Below are positions 49,750 through 58,450 of a DNA stretch of 64,000 nt, one piece after another (the first letter of the stretch is position 1; each line of letters starts with the position of its first letter). The notes under the pieces are model-generated. The model worked only from the letters and a program-made list of their open reading frames with translations, was not told where the DNA came from and did not search any database. Origin of the DNA: Candidatus Kaiserbacteria bacterium RIFOXYB1_FULL_46_14 (lineage in GTDB: Bacteria > Patescibacteriota > Minisyncoccia > Phycocordibacterales > UBA918); the NCBI GenBank assembly GCA_001783525.1, contig MFMS01000002.1:121791-185790 (forward strand). The letters run 5' to 3'. The position numbers and the translations under genes were made by a program.

Positions 49750-50778
49750 TTAGTCGGTTACAAGAGCGTATGCTCCATTACCAAGACGTTTGAACATATT
49801 GGTGTCCTGAAGGTTTACCACGATAGTGTTGTCCTTCACGTAGCGCTCCTTGCGAACCTTGTCGATGATTTCATCGCGAGTAAGAGGACCATGCTTCTCC
49901 AAAATATCTCGCAAGACGTCCTTCACCACTCCGGCTGAGTAACCCCACTCGGAGAGAGCATAAAGACCACGGCCAACCAATACAAACCGGCGGTCTTTGA
50001 TCAGCTCATTGTGTGTAGTAGCAACGTGAGCTTTGCGTTCAAAAAGCTGTTCAATCATATTGGCCACCTCGCGGAAGTGCATCGGAGAACCGTGACGTTT
50101 CACTACCAAGTAAGCATAATCACGAATACCCTTCACTTTTACGTTCGGACTAGTGGTGTGTCCCCATTCACCAAGCGGGTTGCGAGAAATATCCTTAGAC
50201 ACCATCAACCAACGCTTCAAAACATCCTCATTGTATTTGTCAGCAAGACCAATCAACTGCTCCTTGAAGCGAGCCAGTATTTCTTCTTCAGACACGAGTT
50301 GATCGCGTTCTAGAGATTGATGCACGTTGCGGAGAGCCTTTTCTACGGTATCTGCCTTTTCACGTTCAGTGAACCAACGGTGCATGTAAGAGGTGTTTTC
50401 TTTGGCACGGTAAAACGGATCACCAACTACAAGTAGGAAATAGATGTGATTACGAGTTGCTTGATCAGATGAAAGTGCCTCAAGCAAATGGTCTTCGGCA
50501 ATGAAACCACCACCCAACTCCTCAATCAGACGATGTAGTTCATCAAAGACACTTTTGTATTCGTCGTAGATCGGAGACTTCTGGATAGATGCGATGCCGT
50601 AGGCCTCGATCTGACGCACACGTTCACGGGTGATTCCATAGGCCTGACCAATCGACTCAAGGGTGAAAGATTCGGTTTCGGTGCCGAGACCATAGCGCTT
50701 AGTGAGGACGTCACGGGCGCGCTCTGGCAAGGCAGACAAGAGCTTTTTGGTTATCTGCTTTGGTTTAAAGGTAATCAT
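49750..50778 (-). CDS. Sigma-70 region-4 HTH fused to C-terminal winged-helix (RNAP delta/HARE-HTH-like) domains
   Basis: RYGL...TLESIG..YGITRERVRQIE; PMHFRE...HNELIKD.RFVLVGRGLYALSEWG. Confidence 0.75.
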   Translation of the reverse strand: MITFKPKQITKKLLSALPERARDVLTKRYGLGTETESFTLESIGQAYGITRERVRQIEAYGIASIQKSPIYDEYKSVFDELHRLIEELGGGFIAEDHLLEALSSDQATRNHIYFLLVVGDPFYRAKENTSYMHRWFTEREKADTVEKALRNVHQSLERDQLVSEEEILARFKEQLIGLADKYNEDVLKRWLMVSKDISRNPLGEWGHTTSPNVKVKGIRDYAYLVVKRHGSPMHFREVANMIEQLFERKAHVATTHNELIKDRRFVLVGRGLYALSEWGYSAGVVKDVLRDILEKHGPLTRDEIIDKVRKERYVKDNTIVVNLQDTNMFKRLGNGAYALVTD

Positions 50779-50862
50779 GTTTGGATGATAAATTTCGGTG
50801 TTTTTGCCACAAACTTAATTCGATATTTAATATATTACCACCTTCTTTGACATACGTCAACT

Positions 50863-53214
50863 TCATTGTCCAATCATCAAATTGAGGATTCGACCCTGTA
50901 CGTAGATGACTTTCTTTATCTCCCCTTCCGCAAAATACTTGGCCAACGACGGCTCCGCTTTTGCCATCGTCACAGCCTCCGCCTCATCTGCATCAGGCGC
51001 GATTGTGATGGAACCACGAGACTTACCATTGATTTGCACACCAATGGTAACGGTCTCGTCGATTGCTAGACTTTCATCTGCCTCTGGATAGGTCTCTAGA
51101 TGAACAGAGGTAGTTTGACCACACCCTGCCCACAACTCCTCGGTCAAGTGCGGCGCAAACGGCGCCAGCAACTTAATGAAAGCTTCGTAACTTTCTTGTG
51201 ACAACGCGCCTTTTTCTGCCGCATTTACGAAGATCATCATCGCGCTAACGGCGGTGTTGAATTTGAATTCTTCTATATCAGATCGGACTTTCTTGATTGT
51301 CTTATGAAGCAAGCGGGTGATCTCAGCCGGCTCGCCGTCTTTGACGTGCTCACTAAGGCCATTTACTCGCTCAATAAACCTTTGCGCACCGACTAGCCCA
51401 TTGGTGCTCCAAGCTACCGTGTTCTCAAACGGCCCCATGAACATTTCATAAACACGAAGTGTGTCAGCACCGTTTTGCTTCACAATGTCGTCTGGGTTAA
51501 TGATGTTGCCCCAACGCTTAGACATTTTTCGACCATCTTCAGCCAAGATAAAGCCCAAGAATTCCAACCGCATAAATGGTTCTATCGTGTGCACAACGTC
51601 TATGTCATACAAAAACTTGTGCCAAAATCGTGCATAAATAAGATGACGCACAGCGTGATCACCGCCAACATACACATCTACCGGCGCCCACTTTTTCTCC
51701 TTTGCGGGATCAATTAGAGCTTGGTCGTTCTTAGGATCAATGAAACGCAAGTAATACCAAGATGAGCCCGCCCATTGCGGCATTGTGTTTGTCTCGCGCT
51801 TTCCCTTTCCTCCACACTTAGGACAATCTACATTGACCCAGTCTTCTATGGCAGCCAATGGTGACTCACCGGTACCAGTCGGTTCATAGTGTTCTACCTC
51901 CGGCAACATTACTGGAAGTTGCTCGTACGGTATTGGAACAACACCACAAGATTCACAGTGAATAACCGGGATCGGTTCACCCCAATAGCGCTGGCGTGAA
52001 AATACCCAGTCATTGAGACGGTATGTCGAAGTCATTCGACCACCTACCTTTGCAACTATGGCTTTCTTCGCATCTTCGGAATTTAGTCCATCAAACTCTC
52101 CCGAATTGACCAAGACTCCATCATTTACTACGACTGTTTCTGGTAATTGAAACTTCTGAGCAAATTCATGATCACGCTCGTCGTGCGCTGGGACGGCCAT
52201 GATCGCGCCAGTACCATAGTGAGACAAAACATAATCAGAGATAAAGACAGGAATCTCTGTATTGGTTGCAGGGTTTATTGCCTTAATACCTTGGAGTTCA
52301 ACACCGGTTTTCTCCTTTTCGGCGTTGGTGCGGTCAATCTCAGTTTTCTGCGCCGCTTGCTGTACATAAGCGTACACTGCTGACCGGTTTTCTACTTTCA
52401 ACTTAGACACCAGCTCGTGTTCTGGAGCTAGCACCAAATAAGTAGCGCCAAAGAGCGTGTCTGGCCTAGTGGTGAACACCGTCACCGTGTCGCCACTTCC
52501 GAGTTTAAAGTCTATCTCCGCACCTTCAGATCGTCCGATCCAGTTGCGTTGTGCTTCTTTGATGTGCTCTGGCCATTCGGTTAGAGTTTCTAGGTCTTCC
52601 AACATTCGATCAGCGTAATCGGTGATCTTGAGTACCCATTGACGCATTGGTCGCTTCTCAACAACTGAACCACAGCGTTCACAAGTGCCGTCGCTTTCTA
52701 GGTCTTCATTGGCTAGACCGGTCTGACATGAAGGACACCAGTTGATCGGCTCGTGTGACTCGTAAGCCAAACCTTTTTCCAAAAGCTTCAAAAAAATCCA
52801 CTGCGTCCACTTGTAGTATTCAGGGTCAGTAGTGTTTATCTCACGACTCCAATCATAGTTGAATCCAAGGTGTGCCAACTGAGCTTTGAAATTGGCAATA
52901 TTTTTCTCAACCGCAACTCGTGGATGGACTTTATTTTTTATCGCAAAGTTTTCGGCTGGTAGGCCAAAGGCATCCCAACCCATCGGATGCAACACTTCAT
53001 AGCCATCCATATGCTTGAAGCGTGAATAGATATCGGTAGCGATGTAACCCTTCGGGTGTCCGACATGTAGCCCTTCGCCAGAGGGGTATGGGAACATGTC
53101 GAGCACATAGACCTTCTTTTTGCTTGATTCTCCGTCTGTCTTATAGAGGTCGCTTGTGCGCCATTTTTCTTGCCATTTCTTCTCTATAGCGTCATGGTCA
53201 AACTTTTTGTGCAT
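50863..53214 (-). CDS. leuS: Leucine--tRNA ligase
   Basis: MFPYPSG.GLHVGH, FTTRPDT, GTGAIMAVPAHD and KMSKR motifs. Confidence 0.96.
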   Translation of the reverse strand: MHKKFDHDAIEKKWQEKWRTSDLYKTDGESSKKKVYVLDMFPYPSGEGLHVGHPKGYIATDIYSRFKHMDGYEVLHPMGWDAFGLPAENFAIKNKVHPRVAVEKNIANFKAQLAHLGFNYDWSREINTTDPEYYKWTQWIFLKLLEKGLAYESHEPINWCPSCQTGLANEDLESDGTCERCGSVVEKRPMRQWVLKITDYADRMLEDLETLTEWPEHIKEAQRNWIGRSEGAEIDFKLGSGDTVTVFTTRPDTLFGATYLVLAPEHELVSKLKVENRSAVYAYVQQAAQKTEIDRTNAEKEKTGVELQGIKAINPATNTEIPVFISDYVLSHYGTGAIMAVPAHDERDHEFAQKFQLPETVVVNDGVLVNSGEFDGLNSEDAKKAIVAKVGGRMTSTYRLNDWVFSRQRYWGEPIPVIHCESCGVVPIPYEQLPVMLPEVEHYEPTGTGESPLAAIEDWVNVDCPKCGGKGKRETNTMPQWAGSSWYYLRFIDPKNDQALIDPAKEKKWAPVDVYVGGDHAVRHLIYARFWHKFLYDIDVVHTIEPFMRLEFLGFILAEDGRKMSKRWGNIINPDDIVKQNGADTLRVYEMFMGPFENTVAWSTNGLVGAQRFIERVNGLSEHVKDGEPAEITRLLHKTIKKVRSDIEEFKFNTAVSAMMIFVNAAEKGALSQESYEAFIKLLAPFAPHLTEELWAGCGQTTSVHLETYPEADESLAIDETVTIGVQINGKSRGSITIAPDADEAEAVTMAKAEPSLAKYFAEGEIKKVIYVQGRILNLMIGQ

Positions 53215-53237
53215 AATTTCAGAACGTAAATAAACGC

Positions 53238-53265
53238 AAAATGACCTCCATTAATAGAGGCCATT
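53238..53265 (-). terminator. Probable intrinsic terminator
   Basis: Minus strand AATGGCCTCTA-TTAA-TGGAGGTCATT then TT. Confidence 0.5.
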
Positions 53266-53303
53266 ATGCCGTGCATTTCGCGATATGTCTAATCGAAGGA
53301 CAC

Positions 53304-54200
53304 TTACTCTCCTGTCGTGATCACGCGACGTGTGAAGCAGTGTTCACCTGCCAAGTGATCCCAGTTTTGGTTTTGGAGATAAGCATTTTCTGCCACTGAA
53401 ACTGGCTTTGGAGTCTGACGCTCACTCTCCGGTGTTTCGTTGGCAAACGTTGCGCAAAGAAGGAAGGAGTCAGGGCCGGTAATGCTGTAACCGTAAGCAT
53501 CACGACCAGTTGGAGCGACCGGCACAGGCAAACCTTCATAGAGAGTTTCTAGATCAGCCGGGAAGGACGCATTTGATTGATAAAAGGCTTCAACGCGCCA
53601 TTCTATCTCCTGCAAATCACTAATCTGCTGTTGATCTAGCTTGATCTCACGTGCCTCAGATGGCGAGCTGATCTTTGAAATACCAAAGCCAGCTGCCAAC
53701 AATACAACTGCCAAGGCAGCGATACCGATCATTACCGATGTCTGCTCGCGCTTTTGCCAGTACTGCTTGGCATCTAGCGCGTAGTAGTACGAAGCCGCAC
53801 CAATAACTGCGAGTAGAGCTAGTGCTTTCAATACGAATCGAGTGGTAATTTCTCCACCAAGGAAGGTGTAAACAACCACTGCAAGATCGGTCAACATCAC
53901 AACTCCTCCCACCAAGAGTGCGATATAGACGAGCCAACGAGTGAGTGTGTGATACAACTGACCTTCATTACGACGCGCTCTATTAACTAGTCTGGTTAGA
54001 ATTAAGTAAGCTGGAAAGAAAATGGCCACGACTGCGATCGAGTAACGAATACTGTCCTCGGTGCCGGTAACTTGCCAATAGGCGTCTGCTGCGTCAGGAA
54101 ATTGCAAGTTAATAATGCCAAACACCAACGTGATAAAGGCCGGTAGGGAGACGAAAAGCGTCACCAGTGAGGCCAACTGTAGTACGAAACTTTTTGCCAT
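53304..54200 (-). CDS. DUF5671-like membrane protein
   Basis: Five TMs; FLGGEITTRFVLK; SP...R..KLD...DL; C-terminal Cys pair. Confidence 0.7.
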   Translation of the reverse strand: MAKSFVLQLASLVTLFVSLPAFITLVFGIINLQFPDAADAYWQVTGTEDSIRYSIAVVAIFFPAYLILTRLVNRARRNEGQLYHTLTRWLVYIALLVGGVVMLTDLAVVVYTFLGGEITTRFVLKALALLAVIGAASYYYALDAKQYWQKREQTSVMIGIAALAVVLLAAGFGISKISSPSEAREIKLDQQQISDLQEIEWRVEAFYQSNASFPADLETLYEGLPVPVAPTGRDAYGYSITGPDSFLLCATFANETPESERQTPKPVSVAENAYLQNQNWDHLAGEHCFTRRVITTGE

Positions 54201-54251
54201 GAGGTTAACTTAATGAATTTGCTATTAATATCTGGCTTAAATTATAACACC

Positions 54252-54281
54252 AAACGCGCTGTGTTTGACACAGCGCGTTTT
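54252..54281. terminator. Intrinsic terminator
   Basis: AAACGCGCTGTGT-TTG-ACACAGCGCGTTTT. Confidence 0.7.
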
Positions 54282-54304
54282 GTTACGCAACAAATAACTT
54301 TAAG

Positions 54305-54412
54305 TCAGTTAAGAAAAAACGTTGGGTCGATGTTCTGTGACTTCTGAATCAATGTCATGATTCCCGTAAACAACACCGTTGCCCCCACGACCAATTCAAT
54401 CACTTTATCCAC
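54305..54412 (-). CDS. Unannotated small hydrophobic peptide (35 aa)
   Basis: GAAAGGGGGTGA SD, GTG start, MDKVIELVVGATVLFTGIMTLIQKSQNIDPTFFLN*. Confidence 0.55.
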   Translation of the reverse strand: MDKVIELVVGATVLFTGIMTLIQKSQNIDPTFFLN

Positions 54413-54438
54413 CTTAATCACCCCCTTTCTTGTGGGTT

Positions 54439-55536
54439 TTACACCAAAAATTCTATAACGTCCCCGTCTTGCACAATATACTCCTTGCCTTCAGTGCGCA
54501 ACTTACCGGCCTCACGAGCCTTGGCGAGAGAACCAGCGGCTACTAGATCAGCAAATGACACCACCTGGGCGCGGATATACTTCTCTCGAAAGTCGGTATG
54601 AATAGCGGCACCCGCTTCAGGGCCAGTAGAACCCCGCTCCACCGTCCAAGCGCGAGTTTCTTTTTCGCCGGTTGTGAAGTAGGACATCAGTCCGAGACGA
54701 TGGTAACAAGCGCGAATCAATGACTCGATACCGCTGTCTTGTGCGCCGTACTCACGACGAAACTCAATCTTCTCTTCTTCACTAAGGTCTTGGAGCTCAT
54801 GCTCCATACCCGCATCGACGACTACGTACTCCGAACCAGTACTTTCAAAAAACTCCAAGAGTCTCTGCCAACGATCATCGTTTTGTTCATCAAGGTTGTA
54901 GGATCCTTGCTTGCGATTGCAGACGTACAAGAATTGCTTAATGGTCAAAAGGTGCAGATTTTTTACCGCTTTCTTTTGTTCATCAGATAATTCTAATGAA
55001 TTGGCCAACTTGCCGTCTTGTAAATGAGCCAGCAATAACTCCAGGGCTTCTTTTTCACTAACTGATTCTTTGTCTCCGCGCTTAGCATCACGCTCAATAT
55101 TGGAAAGTCGCTTCGATACTGTCTCGGTGTCAGCCATGATGAGCTCGAGGTTAATGACCTCGATATCAGAGAATGGGTCAACCATACCAGCGACGTGATG
55201 AACCTCACTATCTTCAAAAATACGCACCACCTCAGCAATCATCGAGACTTCGCGAATGTTGGTCAGAAATTTATTGCCTAAGCCTTCGCCCGACGCGGCG
55301 CCTTTGACCAGACCGGCGATATCGACGAATTCCACAATCGCTGGGATCACTTTGGCGGTATTTGATATTTTGGCCAAGGTATCAAGGCGAGGATCTGGCA
55401 CAGCCACCACACCTACCGACGGGTCAATGGTACAAAATGGATAGTTCTCAGCCGGGACAGCACTTCTTGTGAGTGCATTAAAGAGCGTCGATTTTCCGAC
55501 GTTAGGGAGACCAACAATACCCACAGACAATTGCAT
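54439..55536 (-). CDS. ychF: Redox-regulated ATPase YchF
   Basis: [28 protein letters not shown] and [11 protein letters not shown] motifs. Confidence 0.96.
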   Translation of the reverse strand: MQLSVGIVGLPNVGKSTLFNALTRSAVPAENYPFCTIDPSVGVVAVPDPRLDTLAKISNTAKVIPAIVEFVDIAGLVKGAASGEGLGNKFLTNIREVSMIAEVVRIFEDSEVHHVAGMVDPFSDIEVINLELIMADTETVSKRLSNIERDAKRGDKESVSEKEALELLLAHLQDGKLANSLELSDEQKKAVKNLHLLTIKQFLYVCNRKQGSYNLDEQNDDRWQRLLEFFESTGSEYVVVDAGMEHELQDLSEEEKIEFRREYGAQDSGIESLIRACYHRLGLMSYFTTGEKETRAWTVERGSTGPEAGAAIHTDFREKYIRAQVVSFADLVAAGSLAKAREAGKLRTEGKEYIVQDGDVIEFLV

Positions 55537-55617
55537 ACCGCGCTAGATTAACAGATTTGAGCAAATAAAACAGCCATCACCGCAAAAGGTTAGACACTAC
55601 CGATGGAGGATTGGGCA

Positions 55618-56196
55618 TTAGACGCCGCGTTTGGCCAAGCTTTCGACGTCCTCCAACCACTCTTCGCGACAGACATTATCGACAGTATCACACGGACCAA
55701 AGGCACTGACTTTTGTTTTGATACCGGCGAATTCAAGAATGCCGTACTGAATCTCATTGGTGTAGTCACCAAATTTCCACCAAGTCTGAAACGGGCTGTG
55801 CGTACCAGCAACGATAATAACCCGAGCGGTCTTGTTCGTCAGACGCTTAACTAATTTCTTAGTTTGCTTGTCAAAGTTAAAGGCAAAGCCCGGAAGCCAA
55901 AAACGATCAAAGAGACCTTTTAAGATTGCTGGCATCGTGCACCACCAATTTGGATAGACTATGACCAAGTGATCCGAAGCGCGGATCTTTTCTTGCAAAT
56001 CAACAAGATCGGGCTCTAGCTGCTGAATTTCTTTGTAGCCTTTGTGAAGTATTGGATCAAAGCGCATCTCTCCGATATTAACCCTCGTGACATTGTGCCC
56101 AGCGGCTTTAGCGGAGCGCTCATAACGATCAGCGATCTGTCCTGAATAAGTGTCTTTATCGGGGTGTCCGAGCAAAACTAGAATTTTCTTTGACAT
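55618..56196 (-). CDS. NAD(P)H-dependent oxidoreductase (flavodoxin-fold quinone reductase)
   Basis: LGHP, LEPDL and YPNWW.TMPAILKG.FDR motifs. Confidence 0.88.
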   Translation of the reverse strand: MSKKILVLLGHPDKDTYSGQIADRYERSAKAAGHNVTRVNIGEMRFDPILHKGYKEIQQLEPDLVDLQEKIRASDHLVIVYPNWWCTMPAILKGLFDRFWLPGFAFNFDKQTKKLVKRLTNKTARVIIVAGTHSPFQTWWKFGDYTNEIQYGILEFAGIKTKVSAFGPCDTVDNVCREEWLEDVESLAKRGV

Positions 56197-56265
56197 AGTG
56201 TCTTAAATATACCAAGCCCGCGGTGCCGAAGGCACCGCGGGCTGTTGATACGTCTATATCTATCC

Positions 56266-56580
56266 TTATCGTCTTATCGAGCCGTTGGGATTAAAGCGTC
56301 CAGCAGAACCGCTCTGCATTTGAATTAGTTTCTCACGCATTTCTGGTGACATTGCTTCCATGATCTCCTTTTGGTACTTCGGCAATACTTTCATCGCCGC
56401 CGCCATCTGATTGTTGCCGTTTTTCTTAAGCTCGTCCTGCATTTCTTTAGCAATCTGCTCAAACACAGCCGGATTCTTCTCCATCAAGGCCGTAATCATT
56501 TCTCTTTGTTCTGGTGGCGCATTCTTAAGCTGTCGTTCCAAAAGCTTTCGCATAGCGAAATTCTTCAAATTTCCAAACAT
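56266..56580 (-). CDS. Hypothetical Met/Gln-rich helical protein
   Basis: ATG at 56580 after TATAAT; 104 aa. Confidence 0.7.
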   Translation of the reverse strand: MFGNLKNFAMRKLLERQLKNAPPEQREMITALMEKNPAVFEQIAKEMQDELKKNGNNQMAAAMKVLPKYQKEIMEAMSPEMREKLIQMQSGSAGRFNPNGSIRR

Positions 56581-56611
56581 ATGTAGCAAATTATAATCCA
56601 CCATCGAAGAA

Positions 56612-56658
56612 TTGACCACTTTATGCAAATTTGTTAAGTTACTTAACTAAGTTACTTA
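56612..56658 (+). promoter_or_regulatory. marR-RND promoter with putative MarR operator
   Basis: TTGACC-17-TAAGTT overlapped by palindrome GTTAAGTTACTTAAC and a second TAAGTTACTTA. Confidence 0.65.
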
Positions 56659-56666
56659 TTGATATT

Positions 56667-57092
56667 ATGGATCGCACAAAATGCATAGCGGAAATCGTCG
56701 AATCTCTCCGCCAAGGGAAACGCGCCACCTGTACCAAAATGGCCAAAGTGCCCGGTATCGCTGTCACTCCAGCACAATGGGCCTTACTCAACCTCTTATA
56801 TGGTAGCAAAGGAATAAGCGTCAAGGAGTTGAGTACCACAATGCACGTAACCGGTAGCGCCATCACACAGTTGGCAAACGAGCTTGAGGAGAAGGGATAC
56901 CTACGACGCGAGAGCGACCAAAAAGACAAGCGCTCAATCAGATTAAACTTAACAGCAAAAAGCAGTCGAATGATGTTGAGCATCCAAAAATCCTTTGCCG
57001 AAGAGTGCGCCACGATGTTTTCCAAATTATCTGACGCGGAGCTAAAAACACTGAGTGAGCTACACAAGAAAATAGCCGGGATTCAAATTTAA
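56667..57092 (+). CDS. MarR-family transcriptional regulator
   Basis: VTPAQW..L, VKELS, SAITQL...LEEKGYL.R...D.R...LT pattern. Confidence 0.9.
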   Translation: MDRTKCIAEIVESLRQGKRATCTKMAKVPGIAVTPAQWALLNLLYGSKGISVKELSTTMHVTGSAITQLANELEEKGYLRRESDQKDKRSIRLNLTAKSSRMMLSIQKSFAEECATMFSKLSDAELKTLSELHKKIAGIQI

Positions 57093-57112
57093 TTTTAAAA
57101 TAAGCAAAATTT

Positions 57113-58432
57113 ATGAACAAAATAAAAAATCTGATTAAGAAATATCCCTACTATTCGGCTGGTGCTATTGCCGCATTACTAGCGATAGTCGGTTTTGTTG
57201 TTGTTTTTAATAGTAAGGATGCCGAGGAAGTCGCAAAAGAAGCCACTCGCCAAGTAGCAACCATGAGTGTGACCGAGGGCGCTGAAGGCGCACTAGGTGT
57301 TGCCTACCCGACCGCCAGCGGTAACTCCTTTGTGGTTCGTGCCGAGGCAAGTGGTCGTGTAGAGCGAGCAGTCAAGGTTGGTACCAAAGTAACAGCTGGC
57401 ACCATCATCGCTGAACTAGACAATTCTTCTGAGCGTGCGGCTTTGACCCAAGCACAGGGCTACTATGAAGCGGCACAGGCCGGAGCGGCTCAAAGCGATG
57501 TTAGTGTGGACGATGCTAAGACCGCACTCGCCGCTGCCAAGCAGAATGCTGTATCTGCCAGCCGTGTAGCCATGACCGCTTGGAATAACGTTCTTTTCAA
57601 TACGGTTGACGAACTTTTTTCTAGTCCGCGCATCAGCCCAGGCGTGCGTATCAGTGCAAGCAGTCAAGCCACCGAGCTTAGTCGCAACCGCCTTGAATTC
57701 AATACTGTCCTTTCAGACTGGCAGAAGGATTTAGCCTCTCTTTCTAACACAAGCGACATCGGCACAATCAACGCGGCCCTTGACCGTGCCACTGCCGACG
57801 TGGATGCTCTCACTCGTATGGTTGACTCCTTTATATCGTTGCTGCCAAAACACCAGCCAGATACAGTCTTTACCACTAGTGAATTGACCAGACTGTCAGC
57901 TGAATTTGCCACTGCCCGCACCACACTCGACACACAGCACTCTGCTCTCTCTGGCGCCAAGAGCGCACTCGCTAGAGCTGACGAAGCAGTAAACAGCGCC
58001 TCCATTGGTGGTACTGGCGGCGCCGTGTCGTCTGCTAATGCGGCAATTAAACAAGCACTTGGTTCGTATCAGGCCGCTAAGGCAAACTATGACCGAACCA
58101 TTGTAAGAGCACCGTTTGCTGGCACCATCACTTCACAAAACGTAACCGTCGGTGACATTCTAAATGTCGGTGCCGATGTAGCTATTATCGTTCCGGAAGA
58201 AGGTGTTGAGACAAAGCGTTGGTGGACGCTTCCACTTTCTGCAGTTAAGTACATGCCAGACAATGCTTTTGTCTTTATTGTAAACAACGACAATGTAATC
58301 GAAGAGATCAAAGTTGAAACCGGACTAGTAACAGCCAGCAACATCAAAGTGACTGGTCTTAACGGTAGTGAAAATGTCATCAAGGATGTCCGCGGACTAA
58401 AGGCAGGCGAGCGAGTAGAAGTAGCAAATTAA
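57113..58432 (+). CDS. RND efflux adaptor (membrane fusion protein) with long helical hairpin
   Basis: TM anchor; lipoyl halves (VRAEASGRV..., IVRAPFAGTI); LPLSAV and V.TG...GL motifs. Confidence 0.85.
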   Translation: MNKIKNLIKKYPYYSAGAIAALLAIVGFVVVFNSKDAEEVAKEATRQVATMSVTEGAEGALGVAYPTASGNSFVVRAEASGRVERAVKVGTKVTAGTIIAELDNSSERAALTQAQGYYEAAQAGAAQSDVSVDDAKTALAAAKQNAVSASRVAMTAWNNVLFNTVDELFSSPRISPGVRISASSQATELSRNRLEFNTVLSDWQKDLASLSNTSDIGTINAALDRATADVDALTRMVDSFISLLPKHQPDTVFTTSELTRLSAEFATARTTLDTQHSALSGAKSALARADEAVNSASIGGTGGAVSSANAAIKQALGSYQAAKANYDRTIVRAPFAGTITSQNVTVGDILNVGADVAIIVPEEGVETKRWWTLPLSAVKYMPDNAFVFIVNNDNVIEEIKVETGLVTASNIKVTGLNGSENVIKDVRGLKAGERVEVAN

Positions 58433-58450
58433 ACTTAACTTTTTACCTTT

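Noticed and set aside
53215-53303. T-box upstream of leuS (also checked alaS, trpS, pheS)
   Set aside because: No UGGNACC antiterminator bulge; only plain hairpins or no leader space.
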